64,000 bases of DNA from assembly GCA_041744215.1 (NCBI GenBank), contig JBGTLG010000022.1, positions 14,247 to 78,246 of the forward strand, written 5' to 3'. This DNA is from Fimbriimonadales bacterium. Lineage in GTDB: Bacteria; Armatimonadota; Fimbriimonadia; Fimbriimonadales; ATM1. Below the pieces are notes generated by a model, which was given only the letters and a program-made list of their open reading frames with translations, was not told the origin of the DNA and did no database searches. Below are positions 19,576-30,154 of the stretch, in pieces. Each line of letters opens with the position of its first letter. Positions within the stretch are counted from its first letter, which is position 1. Both the position numbers and the translations under genes were made by a program.

Positions 19576-20223
19576 CTACACCTTCGGTTCCGTGAGGAGC
19601 GGGTTGATGGGATACGTACCCATCTTGAAGTGCGGTCCGTCCCCCGCTCGATTAATCGCGACAGGTCGCTGATCGAGCGTCTCCCAGATCGGAACGCCGA
19701 AGTGCTGCACCCACATCTCTCGATACTGCGGGTATCCACCTGTGTAGACCTTCCAAGCGAGTTGACGATCCACTGGATCGACCCCAACTTTGAAGGAGTA
19801 CCATTGAAGCCAATAAAGTATCTGCCCTGTGTCGTATAGCCACCACTCGTTGTCCTCGAAATACTCGAACTGTATGTTTTTCTTGATTCGTTCCAAATCG
19901 GCGCGCCAACCGCGATAAGTTGCTCCAGTAAAGTAACCCTTTTTATTCGAGTTGTCTAAGACGAGTTGGCCCCAGCTGAGAGCTTCGATCGCAACCTCTC
20001 GACCTTCGGCAGAATTCCAAGCGTCAACTCCACCGCGTGCCGACACGTCAATGTCAGTCGGCTTTGCGCCGACAACCGCGCCGCCTTGTGCGGTAGGCAC
20101 AGTTGCAGGCCGAGGACTAGCCGCTGCAGGCTGAGGAGTGACGGTTACCTCGGGTTCGCCGCAGCCCGCGGCGATAATCGCGGTGAACAGAAATAGGCTT
20201 GAGATCTTGTGAGTCGTATTGAT
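19576..20223 (-). CDS. Hypothetical lipoprotein (probable ATC start)
   Basis: NTTHKISSLFLFTAIIAAG-C lipobox; Pro/Ala linker; SD GAGGA 5 nt before an in-frame ATC. Confidence 0.6.
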   Translation of the reverse strand: MNTTHKISSLFLFTAIIAAGCGEPEVTVTPQPAAASPRPATVPTAQGGAVVGAKPTDIDVSARGGVDAWNSAEGREVAIEALSWGQLVLDNSNKKGYFTGATYRGWRADLERIKKNIQFEYFEDNEWWLYDTGQILYWLQWYSFKVGVDPVDRQLAWKVYTGGYPQYREMWVQHFGVPIWETLDQRPVAINRAGDGPHFKMGTYPINPLLTEPKV

Positions 20224-20333
20224 GACGATCCTCGTTCCAAACGGCGAATCTCGCCGCGTGTCAATACATTTAACTCCACAGCGTAAAGCACTGTTCGTTA
20301 CGGCCCACGGCGCGCCGCTAAAAGTGGCAGAGA

Positions 20334-20954
20334 TTACCGGGGCGATTCCATCTCTGTTTTCAGTGCGGCGAACGCATCCGACCAAGCTCGTCGAAGACCG
20401 TCGGCCTCTTCACGAGATAGTATGCGATTGTGGTTAAGCGTCAGCCCGGTCTTGCCGTTTCCCTTGTCAGCAAACAGAACGTCTACAGTCGTCTGGTCGC
20501 CCGCTCCGTTGGTCTTCCAGCTGAAGCGCAGATCCTTCTCTTCGCGAACCCGCGAGTACTCGCCACCGTTCCCATTAGCGTCGCTGATTTTCCCGCCCAC
20601 CTTGGGATCACTCTGCCCGGCGTCGCCGAACCATTTTGCGAAAGACTGCCCACCCCATGCTGAAAAAACTTGCGCCAACGGGGCGGCAATCGTCTTAGTC
20701 ACGCAGATGTTGTAGCCTTCGGCCCTCCCGTCCTTCTGAACAATGCCCTTCAGCTTCTCGTACTCGACCCAAACTGTCGTTGGCCACCAAGCGTCCTTCC
20801 CCATCGTGTCATACATCCACGCGATTGCATTCCTGCGCTGACCCGCAAAGCCGCGCTCCTCAATCGCCGATAACCACTCCTTGATGTACTTACCAGTCAT
20901 TCGAGCACACTCTGCGTCATCTATAACATGGTCTGATTTCAGATCGACTTTCAC
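20334..20954 (-). CDS. SRPBCC/AHSA1-type domain protein
   Basis: VTKTIAAPLAQVFSAW...LRFSW...LTLNH...RRAWSDAFAALK. Confidence 0.75.
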   Translation of the reverse strand: MKVDLKSDHVIDDAECARMTGKYIKEWLSAIEERGFAGQRRNAIAWMYDTMGKDAWWPTTVWVEYEKLKGIVQKDGRAEGYNICVTKTIAAPLAQVFSAWGGQSFAKWFGDAGQSDPKVGGKISDANGNGGEYSRVREEKDLRFSWKTNGAGDQTTVDVLFADKGNGKTGLTLNHNRILSREEADGLRRAWSDAFAALKTEMESPR

Positions 20955-21102
20955 AGCAGGAAACCTCCGTATCGAGATTGATTATCCCGAAAACGCTCGG
21001 CCGCTTGGGAAGTAAGACCCTAATTCCGCACAATCGGCAAGACCTAATCTTGTTACCGGTGGAAACCGTCCGTCGTCGAACGATGTATACCAGGCTAATT
21101 CT

Positions 21103-21933
21103 ATGGAAGAGACAGGAACTCACTTCAGTGGCACAGTTATTCGCGAGCGGACCGTCGGCGGCTTGCGGTTCATGGAAAGCTATCATTCCCCAGGCAGTCT
21201 GCGCGGTCGCCACGGCCACGGCGTCGCTTTCATTAACACGATGCTCGCTGGAGCCGCCGTCGAACGTGTCGCCAACGGACCCGAACATGTTTACCGCCCA
21301 TACCAACTGGTGTTTCACCCCGAGAACGAGGAGCACGCATGCCGAATCGGCCCCAAGGGATCAATCTCATTTGGAGTGATCATCCCGTCTGAACAGTTGC
21401 GCCTCATCAGCGAGTTCTGCGAAGTTGGGCGCATCCCCCTGGCCTTGACTGGTGAGCGATTCAACTGCCTATGCGGGCAGATGATTCAGGAGTTTCGTTC
21501 AGATGACCCGGCATCCGAGTTCGGATTGCAAGCGGCCTTCTTCGAACTTGCCGGCGAGATTGGACGCTTTTCGAGGTTCCAAAGGGATCTGCGACCCCAG
21601 CCGTGGCTTGAGAAGGCTCGCGAGATGCTGCACTCCAGACATGCAGAATCACTGTCGTTAGCAGAAATCGCAAAGGCTGTCGCGATACATCCGGTGCACC
21701 TGGCACAGGAGTTTCGCAGATTCTTCGGAATGCCCGTTGGGGAGTACGTCCGGTCGATCCGGGTGCAAGAGGCGAGGGTGATGCTGATCAAGTCGGAGCA
21801 CCCGCTAGCCGCAATTGCCGCGCACTCAGGATTCTATGATCAGGCCCACTTCTCGAAAGTGTTCAAGAAGCAAACAGGAGTGACGCCAGCGGGCTTCAGG
21901 AAGATGTTCGGCCGTACCGCGCACTGTCGCTAG
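21103..21933 (+). CDS. AraC family transcriptional regulator
   Basis: Cupin-like N-terminus; double HTH with HPVHLAQEFRR and GFYDQAHFSKVFK. Confidence 0.93.
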   Translation: MEETGTHFSGTVIRERTVGGLRFMESYHSPGSLRGRHGHGVAFINTMLAGAAVERVANGPEHVYRPYQLVFHPENEEHACRIGPKGSISFGVIIPSEQLRLISEFCEVGRIPLALTGERFNCLCGQMIQEFRSDDPASEFGLQAAFFELAGEIGRFSRFQRDLRPQPWLEKAREMLHSRHAESLSLAEIAKAVAIHPVHLAQEFRRFFGMPVGEYVRSIRVQEARVMLIKSEHPLAAIAAHSGFYDQAHFSKVFKKQTGVTPAGFRKMFGRTAHCR

Positions 21934-21947
21934 CGGTCCGCGCTCAG

Positions 21948-22583
21948 TTAGTGGCCGTGTCCCTCGTGGCCAGGCGTCTCCGGTTGTGCAGGCTGCGCTC
22001 CCGCTTCTCCTGGCTGCGTTGGCGGAGCTGCCTCGCCCGAACGCTCTCGCTCACGCTGCTTGAGTATCTCCTTCCAAGCAGGGTGGAACTCCTTGGGCAC
22101 GTAGGTAGTCGTCCCCACCGACATCCAAGGAAGCTCAGGTTCGTCGTCTACCACTACGGTGCCGGCTTTTCCGCTCTGAGGGTCGTACTCGCCGAATAGC
22201 CTCGCCATCCCAATCCCATTCCAAGTAGCTTTTAGGTCGCCCCCGAACCACTGCAGGTGCCGCCACTTGCCCTCGATGATCGCTTTCCCGGAACCAAACC
22301 AAACCGTTCGGCCATGCCCCTCGTATTCCTTGCGAACATTCCCCTCAAAGACAGGGGGCGCGCCCTCGAAATCGTTCAGAAGGACGGTCCCCCTGAATTC
22401 CATCTCGATCCGCCCCTCTCCCTGGAGCATGAACGAGCCTAAGCTGGATTCCATACGCATCACGCCCGGAGTTACGGGAGTGGGCTCGGCTGTAGGCTCT
22501 TGCCCACCTTGCGCAAAAACGGCCGCTGTCAATATCGCGGCTGAGGCGATCGCGCCAGCTCCAAACATCGAAAATCTGCTCAT
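21948..22583 (-). CDS. Secreted hypothetical protein with His-containing tail
   Basis: Signal peptide (AAVFA-Q), beta-rich core, Pro/Ala tail ending GHEGHGH. Confidence 0.65.
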   Translation of the reverse strand: MSRFSMFGAGAIASAAILTAAVFAQGGQEPTAEPTPVTPGVMRMESSLGSFMLQGEGRIEMEFRGTVLLNDFEGAPPVFEGNVRKEYEGHGRTVWFGSGKAIIEGKWRHLQWFGGDLKATWNGIGMARLFGEYDPQSGKAGTVVVDDEPELPWMSVGTTTYVPKEFHPAWKEILKQRERERSGEAAPPTQPGEAGAQPAQPETPGHEGHGH

Positions 22584-22665
22584 CGGGTTCTCCAAACGAA
22601 ACATCCCTGCACTCGGTTCCCCATTGTACCGGCGGCGAATCGCCAACGTATTCTAAAATAGAGAA

Positions 22666-23040
22666 GTGAAACCCGGGGCGATCATCGCCGCAACAGCCGC
22701 CGTCGCAGGAATCGGCGTCAGCATTTTTGCTTTCGTCGCTGGCGCGACACCCTATGTCTCCGCCAAGGAGGCGCAGTCTACGCCGGGGCGGAATGTCCAC
22801 GTCGCTGGCGAAATCCTTCACCAGACTGCCAGGCTCGACCTTCGGACTGGACACTTCTACTTCGAACTCGCGGACGACCACGGAACCCGACTTCCGGTCG
22901 AGTACCACAACGGCAAGCCAGGAAACTTCGACTCAGCGCCCAAGGCATCCGTGATCGGGGCGTACGACGACGGTCGCTTCGTGGCAACGCAGATCAAGAC
23001 TCAGTGCCCGAGTAAATACGAGAGCTCGCCTAAAGGCTAA
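22666..23040 (+). CDS. ccmE: Cytochrome c maturation heme chaperone (Cys variant)
   Basis: N-terminal TM, OB-fold, FVATQIKTQCPSKY; upstream of ccmF. Confidence 0.9.
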   Translation: MKPGAIIAATAAVAGIGVSIFAFVAGATPYVSAKEAQSTPGRNVHVAGEILHQTARLDLRTGHFYFELADDHGTRLPVEYHNGKPGNFDSAPKASVIGAYDDGRFVATQIKTQCPSKYESSPKG

Positions 23041-23049
23041 GCCACCTAA

Positions 23050-25395
23050 ATGCAAGATCATCTTCCTCTTGCCCCCCAGTGGGGTCTAACCGTCGGCTTG
23101 CTTGGCAAAGGGCTGATCTTCGCAGCAATCACGTTTTACGCTCTTGCCGCACTCATGTGGCTTTTGGGTCGGGGAAAGCTCGCGAAGCCCGCGTTTTGGC
23201 TAGCGACGGTCTGTACCGTTGGCGCGATGGCCGCTCTAATCTCCCTGCTCATGGGGAAGCAGTACGCCTTCCAGTACGTTTGGCGCAACACCCAAAACGA
23301 TATGCCCGAGGTCTACCGTTTCTCGGCAGCGTGGGCAGCGCAAGAGGGCAGCTTCTTGCTGTGGGCAATGATGAGCGCCGTGTTTGCCGCGCTCGCCGCG
23401 CCGTTCACTGGCCCCGACAGAAGATGGTTCACGGTGATAGCAAGCTCCGCCCTGATCTTCATGCTTGCGATCCTCGCCTACGAATCGCCCTTCAAGATTC
23501 ATCCAGAACTGCTTGAATCCGCGATCGCTGGCAAGATCGTGATGCCGCCGGACGGAAATGGCCTCAATCCAACCCTCATGAACTACTGGATGGCCATTCA
23601 CCCGTGGGTCATTTTCATCGGATTCGGCAGTCTCCTCACGCTCTTCGCATGGGCTGGCTCAGCGGCCTGCCGCCGCGACCCGAAGTCATGGGTTCCGCGG
23701 GCCCGTCCGTGGGCGCTCTTCTCGATGACGTTCCTCGGACTTGGCCTCACTATGGGCGGGCTGTGGGCATATGAGACTTTGGGTTGGGGCGGTTTCTGGG
23801 CGTGGGATCCCGTTGAAAACGTCAGTCTCGTCCCATTCCTCGCCGCAGTAGTCCTGATCCACGGCATGTATCTCCAGTCGAATCGTGGAGCATGGTCCAG
23901 GTGGAACATCTTTCTCGCGCTATTGCCCTTCGCGTGGTTTGTCTATGGCACTTACCTCACGCGTAGCGGCGCGCTTGTCAACGTTAGCGTCCACAGTTTT
24001 GCCGAGATGAACCAGGGTGCCCACGGAGTTTTGCTAGCCATGGTTTCGCTCGTCTGGTTGGCGACAATCGCTGGCGCAATCGTCGCTTTCACGTGTCGTC
24101 GGCTTGCTGTTCCCGAAGCGAAACCTGAAAGCCCTCGAGCAACAGGAATGGGCATTGGGATGTTCGTCCTCTACTCGATCGCGCTGATGGCGGCATTCGG
24201 GATGTCACTGCCCTTCTTCGCTTCCATGCTAAAGGCGGAATCAAAGATTGTCGAAGAGGCGCGTTACAATCAGATTGTTGTCTGGGCGTTCGTTCCCGCA
24301 ATGCTGCTTATGGCGGTTGTCCCGTTCTTGGGATGGGCGCGCAAACCGGCGCGGTCGAATGCGCTTGCAAACGCCCTCCTTCTTTCGGTTGCACTCACAG
24401 GAGCGGTGACCGGTTGGCTGGTTGTCAACGGAATGACCATCCACGATGGCGAGAAGCTGCCCTTCTTGCAGCTCATGATCTTCTTCTCGCTTGTGTGGGT
24501 CACGCTCTTCGCAATCTCGGGCAACCTGCTCCGCGCGTTCGAAAGAGTGCGGGCGAAGACCTGGAACATAGGTCCGTACATGACGCACGCGGGCGTTTCT
24601 ACACTGCTGCTTGGACTCATCATCTCTCGCGCTTTCGAAAAGGTAGACGACTCTCTCGTTTCGAGCAATCAGCCGGCAACGTTCAATCTCGCCCCTGGGA
24701 AAACCTACATCGCAATGCTCGACGAAAACTGGATGGAGCCGTTCCTGACCGAGTCGATTGCCGATCCCAATCACAGACTCCACTTCACGATGCTCCACAT
24801 CGATGATGCCAAGCAGGCCCAGTTCAATCCTATCTTCTACTTCAATCAGCGAGACAGCAACTTTGTTGTCCGACCGGAGATCATGCGTCGACCCCTATAT
24901 GATCTCTACTTCTACGTCCGCAGTCTCCTTGTAACCTATGGCGAGCCACTGAGTCTTGAGCCGGGGGACTCAAAAATGCTTGCCGGATTCAACGTCAAGT
25001 TTGTCAAGCCGACAATGACAGGTGAACCCGGTCAGCCTGGAACGACGTTCGGCGCAGAGCTCGAAATCGAACGCGAAGGAACAACCGCGATGGTCACACC
25101 GACGATGGAGCTTGACGAGCAAGGAAGAGTCAATCGCCCAATCACGCGAGTGTTCGACGACCTCAACGTCGTTCTTGAAGGCCTCGATGCCACAACAAAA
25201 ACCGCGACAGTTTCCCTCAACCTTCCTGAGCCCATGTTCTCGACGGAACTCTTCTACAAACCACTGACGATCCTCGTCTGGATCGGCACGGGTATGATGA
25301 CGTTCGGTGGCTTTATCACCATTAACCGGCGTCGAAAAGACGCTAAACAACTTCGAGCGGAAGCCGATGCGACTGATCCAACTCCTGAAAGCTAA
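23050..25395 (+). CDS. ccmF: Cytochrome c biogenesis heme lyase
   Basis: QEGSFLLW, MAIHP, WAYETLGWGGFWAWDPVEN (WWD domain), SVHSF. Confidence 0.95.
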   Translation: MQDHLPLAPQWGLTVGLLGKGLIFAAITFYALAALMWLLGRGKLAKPAFWLATVCTVGAMAALISLLMGKQYAFQYVWRNTQNDMPEVYRFSAAWAAQEGSFLLWAMMSAVFAALAAPFTGPDRRWFTVIASSALIFMLAILAYESPFKIHPELLESAIAGKIVMPPDGNGLNPTLMNYWMAIHPWVIFIGFGSLLTLFAWAGSAACRRDPKSWVPRARPWALFSMTFLGLGLTMGGLWAYETLGWGGFWAWDPVENVSLVPFLAAVVLIHGMYLQSNRGAWSRWNIFLALLPFAWFVYGTYLTRSGALVNVSVHSFAEMNQGAHGVLLAMVSLVWLATIAGAIVAFTCRRLAVPEAKPESPRATGMGIGMFVLYSIALMAAFGMSLPFFASMLKAESKIVEEARYNQIVVWAFVPAMLLMAVVPFLGWARKPARSNALANALLLSVALTGAVTGWLVVNGMTIHDGEKLPFLQLMIFFSLVWVTLFAISGNLLRAFERVRAKTWNIGPYMTHAGVSTLLLGLIISRAFEKVDDSLVSSNQPATFNLAPGKTYIAMLDENWMEPFLTESIADPNHRLHFTMLHIDDAKQAQFNPIFYFNQRDSNFVVRPEIMRRPLYDLYFYVRSLLVTYGEPLSLEPGDSKMLAGFNVKFVKPTMTGEPGQPGTTFGAELEIEREGTTAMVTPTMELDEQGRVNRPITRVFDDLNVVLEGLDATTKTATVSLNLPEPMFSTELFYKPLTILVWIGTGMMTFGGFITINRRRKDAKQLRAEADATDPTPES

Positions 25396-25729
25396 AGTCC
25401 ATCATGCGCGCGTTACCTACGCGAACCCTGACTACGTCGGAAGCATAGAGATGTGCCCCGACGTGATGGAGCGTGTCGGTTTGAAAAATGGAGAGTTTGT
25501 CAACATTTGGGACGTCGACAACGCCGAACGCTTCTCGACTTACTGCTTCGCAGGCGAGAAGAAAACGTTTGGAGTAAATGGAGCCGCCGCCCACAAAGTT
25601 CGCGTTGGCGACCGTCTCATCATCGCGGCGTTCACTTGGACCGACGAAGAGGTGATGCCCAAAATCGTCTTGCTCGACGAGACAAATGTCATCGTAAGAG
25701 ATATGGTTCCCTATGACCGAAATGGTTAA
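25367..25729 (+). CDS. panD: Aspartate 1-decarboxylase
   Basis: LKAKVHHARVT, YVGSI cleavage site, RFSTY, NGAAAH. Confidence 0.95.
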   Translation: MRLIQLLKAKVHHARVTYANPDYVGSIEMCPDVMERVGLKNGEFVNIWDVDNAERFSTYCFAGEKKTFGVNGAAAHKVRVGDRLIIAAFTWTDEEVMPKIVLLDETNVIVRDMVPYDRNG

Positions 25730-26288
25730 CCTCAAAGCGTTGCTCGAAGAAACCGGCGCGATCCTAAAAGGGCACTTCAAGCTCACATCAGGACGACACA
25801 GTGACACCTACTTCGAGAAGTTTCGCGTACTTGAGAGGCCAGATGTCATCGAAGCGGTCGCAAAGACGATCGCAGATAGGTTTAGAGAAAGCGGTGCGCA
25901 GGTCGTCGTGGGGCCGACCACAGGTGGAATCATCATCGCGTTTGAAGTTGCGAGGCAGATGGGGTTAGGTTCGTTGTATGTCGAGCGGGAAGACGGCAAG
26001 CGTATCTTGCGCCGTGGTGCCGATATCGCTCCTGGGACAAAGGTGCTCGTCGTCGATGACGTTCTGACTACAGGGGGCAGCGTTTGTGAGGTTATCGCGC
26101 TTCTCAGAGGGAAGGGAGCGGAAATTGTCGGCGTCGCCGTACTCGTCGATCGCAGCGAAAGCGTCATAGACTTTGGTGCGCCCTACTTCGCAGGAGTAAA
26201 GGTCGACGCCAAGAGTTTCGCGCCAGACGACGTCCCCGAGTCGCTTCGAGCGATTCCGATTCACCAACCCGGTACCCGGAACCTATAA
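25713..26288 (+). CDS. pyrE: Orotate phosphoribosyltransferase
   Basis: GHFKLTSGRHSDTY, VVDDVLTTGGS. Confidence 0.95.
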   Translation: MTEMVNLKALLEETGAILKGHFKLTSGRHSDTYFEKFRVLERPDVIEAVAKTIADRFRESGAQVVVGPTTGGIIIAFEVARQMGLGSLYVEREDGKRILRRGADIAPGTKVLVVDDVLTTGGSVCEVIALLRGKGAEIVGVAVLVDRSESVIDFGAPYFAGVKVDAKSFAPDDVPESLRAIPIHQPGTRNL

Positions 26289-26371
26289 AGGGAGCGGTCG
26301 CATTGATAACGACCGCCGGTATAATCCTGCGCTCAGGGAAGACGCGTCAGGGCGCGTCCAGCGCCCATCGT

Positions 26372-26457
26372 GCCGAAGTGGCGGAATGGCAGACGCAGCG
26401 GTCTCAAAAACCGCCGGGGGCAACCCCGTGCGAGTTCGACTCTCGCCTTCGGCACCA
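26372..26457 (+). tRNA. tRNA-Leu(CAA)
   Basis: GCCGAAGTGGCGGAATGGCAGACGC...GTCTCAAAAAC...long variable arm...TTCGGCACCA; TATAAT upstream. Confidence 0.95.
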
Positions 26458-26515
26458 ACCACTTAGACAAAAACGCTGAGCCCAACAATCGTCGGACCCA
26501 GCGCAAAAGCAAGCG

Positions 26516-27427
26516 TTACTTCACTTGGTAAACACGGACAAGGTTGTACTCGTTGATTGCAGCGAGAAGGGTGCTGCTGGAGTTCCATGCGATCCTCGAG
26601 CCGATCCATGACATGCCAGTCAACTTCACTTCCTGCTTGAGAGTACTCGCGTTCCACAACACGAGCGTGCTGTCGGAAGACGCGCTGGCAATCCACTTGC
26701 CGTTCGGACTGTAACGCACGAAGAGCACATAGTCGTCGTGGCCGTTGAGATACGAAACGCGGTTGCCCGTCTTCAAGTCCCAAACGGCGAGTCGCTTGTC
26801 ACGCCCCGCGGAGACTGCGCGTGTGTAAGTCGAGTTGGCTGATGCGTCTTGCGCACCACCGTAGTGCCCGCCGAATGTCTTCATCAGCTGACCATTCGAT
26901 GCGTTGTAGATCGCCATCCCTTTGCCAAGCGTCGCGGCCACGATCTTCGTGCCGTCCGAGCTGTACTCTGCGCCGAAAACATTGATGCCTTCACCTTTGA
27001 TCGACAGAATTGTCTTCCTCGCAGCTACATCCCAAACACGAACAGTATCGTCGTCCGATGTGCTCAGCAATCGCGTGCCGGCTTTGTTGAAAGCTAGATG
27101 ATTGACAGCACGCTGATGCCCCGTCAGAGACACCTGTGCGCCGGACTTCAAGTCCCATAGCACGATCCGGCCATTCTCTGCGCCGCCCGCGATGCTGCCA
27201 CCCTTTGGATTGTACGCGACAGATTGCAGAGGGAACGCGCGACCCTCTTGCGTCAAAGTCCTTTCGAGTTTCAATCCCGCTCCGTAAATGCGGAGTGTCA
27301 TGTCGCCGTGGCCGACGGCTAATTGGTTTCCAGTCGGGGCAAACGCCATACAATTGGCGTCAGGCCTGATTGTCCCGACAGACTGAAGTGAAACGGCCGC
27401 AAGGCCAATAGTAACGAGTGTCAACAT
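26516..27427 (-). CDS. Secreted WD40-repeat beta-propeller protein
   Basis: Repeated GH...WD/WN units; signal peptide; SD AAGGAGG. Confidence 0.9.
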   Translation of the reverse strand: MLTLVTIGLAAVSLQSVGTIRPDANCMAFAPTGNQLAVGHGDMTLRIYGAGLKLERTLTQEGRAFPLQSVAYNPKGGSIAGGAENGRIVLWDLKSGAQVSLTGHQRAVNHLAFNKAGTRLLSTSDDDTVRVWDVAARKTILSIKGEGINVFGAEYSSDGTKIVAATLGKGMAIYNASNGQLMKTFGGHYGGAQDASANSTYTRAVSAGRDKRLAVWDLKTGNRVSYLNGHDDYVLFVRYSPNGKWIASASSDSTLVLWNASTLKQEVKLTGMSWIGSRIAWNSSSTLLAAINEYNLVRVYQVK

Positions 27428-27490
27428 GTGTCAGATCCTCCTTGATCCAAGTACGTCCATTTCGACGTTTCTGTGACGGTGAAGTGTCGG

Positions 27491-30154
27491 CTAATTTGCC
27501 ACGATGTTGACGATCTTATCCGGTACGACTATGACTTTTCGCACCGTTTTGCCCTCAAGAAAAGGAAGGACTCGCTCGTGTTCAAGCGCGATTCCCTCAG
27601 CATCTTCAGGGCTTAGACCGGCGGGCGCATCGAAACTCGCTCTCATTTTTCCGTTCACCTGCACAACGAGAGTCACCGTTTGCTTTACGAGAAATCTAGG
27701 GTCACATTCTGGCCACTCTGCCTGATAGGTGAAGCCGTCGAAACCATACGACTCCCAGATCTCATCGGACGTGTGAGGTGCGATCGGCGCGAGAAGCAGG
27801 AGCAAAGTCTCTACAGCCTCAGACATCACCGAACGCGACTCCATCCGATCGTTATCCGCATGCTTCGCGAAATCCGCTACTGAGTTTCGAAACTCCATCA
27901 GCGAAGACACAGCAGTGTTGAAAGCGAAAGTTTCGATATCGTCGGTGATCTTTCGTATCGCGAAGTGAGTCGCTTGTCGCAGACCAAGCTCCGACTCGCT
28001 GAGCGATGAACTCCGCAATGCCGCTCGCCAGTTCGGCTCAAAGTTTTCTCGGAAGTCATCCGTCAGTTTGAAAACGCGATTAAGAAAATTGATTGCGCCG
28101 CCGACCCGCTCGTCCGACCACTGAATCGTCGCGCTGAAAGGCGCCTCAAAAAGCTCATAAACGCGCAGCGCGTCCGCACCGTACTTATCGACTGCTTCGT
28201 CTGGAGTGACGACATTCCCCTTCGACTTGCTCATCTTCTCCCACCGCCAAAACACTTGATCTTCCGGAAGCGATTGCGCTTCCTCATAAGTGATTTGAAT
28301 CCCCTCTTCTCCAACCTTAATCGTCTCGTTAGACCTCGGCTCGCGAAATGGCGTCGGAGCGAGCAGCATTCCCTGATTGCGCAACACCGCAAACGGCTCT
28401 TTGCACGAAACCAACCCCTCGTCATAGAGCACCTTCGTCCAAAAACGGGCATAGAGCAAGTGCATAACTGCGTGCTCCGCGCCACCGACGTAGCAATCTA
28501 CTGGCATCCAGTAGTCGGCCTTCTTCTTGTCCCATGCTTTCTCATCATTGTGCGGGTCGGCGAAGCGGAGGAAGTACCAAGATGAGCAAGCGAATCCGCC
28601 CATCGTGTCCGTCTCTCGCCTCGCGGGACGACCTTTCGAATCTGTTACATTGAGAAACTCGGGAATAGCAGCAAGCGGGCTTTCCCCAGTTTCTGTCGGT
28701 TCGTAGTGGTCGACATCCGGCAGCAAAACCGGCAGCTCGGCTTCTGGAACGAGCTCGATCTCGCCTGCTTCCGTGTGGATGACAGGAATCGGCGATCCCC
28801 AATAGCGCTGCCGGCTGATCAGCCAATCGCGCAGTCGGTAGTTAATCTTTCGTTCGCCTATGCCCTGAGATTCGACCCACTCGCCCATCCTCGATTGCGC
28901 TTCATCGCACGCGATCCCGGAGAAGTCGCCTGAAGAAACCAACACTCCAGCTTCGGACTCGAAAGGCAACTCGACTGCCGTCATGCTCTCCGGCGCGATG
29001 ACTTGCCGAATCTCGAGTTCGTTCTTCAACGCAAACTCATGGTCACGCTCGTCGTGCCCAGGAACGGCCATGATCGCTCCCGTCCCGTATCCCATCAAAA
29101 CGTAGTCCGCAATCCAAATGGGAACATGCTCGTTAGTAAAAGGATTCTTCGCGAACGCGCCAGAGAAGATGCCAGTCTTGACACGTCCCGTCGCCAGCCG
29201 GTCTTGCTCCGACATTCGCTTGGCATTCTCGATGTAGTCCGCAACTTCTGCGTGTCGATGGACGGGAACGATCGAATCGATCAGCGGATGTTCTGGCGCA
29301 AGTACGCAAAACGTCGCCCCGTAAACGGTGTCGATTCGGGTCGTAAAAACGCGGAATGAACGCCCGTCTACCGGCATGTACTCGGTGTGAGTGACAATCG
29401 CATTCTCGTTGTGCTCCGTTTTGGGCGCACCCAATTCCATGCGCGAGACTTGCCATTCGAACTCGACGCCCTCCGACCTGCCGATCCAGTTCCGCTGCAT
29501 CTGCTTGATTCCTTCCGGCCAGTCCAGGTCCTCCAAGTCATCAAGCAATCGCTGCGCGTAAGCAGTGATCTTGAAGAACCACTGCTTGAGCATGCGCTTT
29601 TCGACACGCGTGCCGCAGCGCCAGCACAGCCCGCCTTCAACCTCTTCATTCGCCAAAACTGTTTTATCTTTCGGACACCAATTCGCTGGATACTCACCGT
29701 GATAAGCGAGCCCTTTGCGATACAGCAGCTGAAAAATCCACTGAGTCCACCGATAGAACTCGGGCGACGAACTGTTGAGCTCGCGATGCCAATCGTAAGA
29801 GATGCCAACCAAATCCTCTTGACGCTTGTAGGTCTCCGCGTACTCCCGCACCATCGGGGCAGGATGTGACTTCTTTGCGATGGCCTCATTCTCAGCGGGT
29901 AGACCAAACGCATCCCACCCCATCGGATGCAGCACATTGCGTCCCTGCATATGTTTCATCCGACACAGGACATCCGTCGGTATGTAATTCCTCAGGTGAC
30001 CCACACTAAGCCCTGCGCCGCTTGGGTAAGGAAAGAAATCGAGGCCATAGAACTTCTGGCGATGCGGGTCTTCGCGCGTGCGAAACAAGTCGGCAGCTTT
30101 CCACCGCTTTCGCCATTTGGCTTCGAATTCCAGGGGCTCGTATCGAGAGGGCAT
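27491..30154 (-). CDS. leuS: Leucine--tRNA ligase
   Basis: FPYPSGAGLSVGH (HIGH variant), GTGAIMAVPGHD editing site, KMSKS; start set at ATG 30154. Confidence 0.97.
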   Translation of the reverse strand: MPSRYEPLEFEAKWRKRWKAADLFRTREDPHRQKFYGLDFFPYPSGAGLSVGHLRNYIPTDVLCRMKHMQGRNVLHPMGWDAFGLPAENEAIAKKSHPAPMVREYAETYKRQEDLVGISYDWHRELNSSSPEFYRWTQWIFQLLYRKGLAYHGEYPANWCPKDKTVLANEEVEGGLCWRCGTRVEKRMLKQWFFKITAYAQRLLDDLEDLDWPEGIKQMQRNWIGRSEGVEFEWQVSRMELGAPKTEHNENAIVTHTEYMPVDGRSFRVFTTRIDTVYGATFCVLAPEHPLIDSIVPVHRHAEVADYIENAKRMSEQDRLATGRVKTGIFSGAFAKNPFTNEHVPIWIADYVLMGYGTGAIMAVPGHDERDHEFALKNELEIRQVIAPESMTAVELPFESEAGVLVSSGDFSGIACDEAQSRMGEWVESQGIGERKINYRLRDWLISRQRYWGSPIPVIHTEAGEIELVPEAELPVLLPDVDHYEPTETGESPLAAIPEFLNVTDSKGRPARRETDTMGGFACSSWYFLRFADPHNDEKAWDKKKADYWMPVDCYVGGAEHAVMHLLYARFWTKVLYDEGLVSCKEPFAVLRNQGMLLAPTPFREPRSNETIKVGEEGIQITYEEAQSLPEDQVFWRWEKMSKSKGNVVTPDEAVDKYGADALRVYELFEAPFSATIQWSDERVGGAINFLNRVFKLTDDFRENFEPNWRAALRSSSLSESELGLRQATHFAIRKITDDIETFAFNTAVSSLMEFRNSVADFAKHADNDRMESRSVMSEAVETLLLLLAPIAPHTSDEIWESYGFDGFTYQAEWPECDPRFLVKQTVTLVVQVNGKMRASFDAPAGLSPEDAEGIALEHERVLPFLEGKTVRKVIVVPDKIVNIVAN

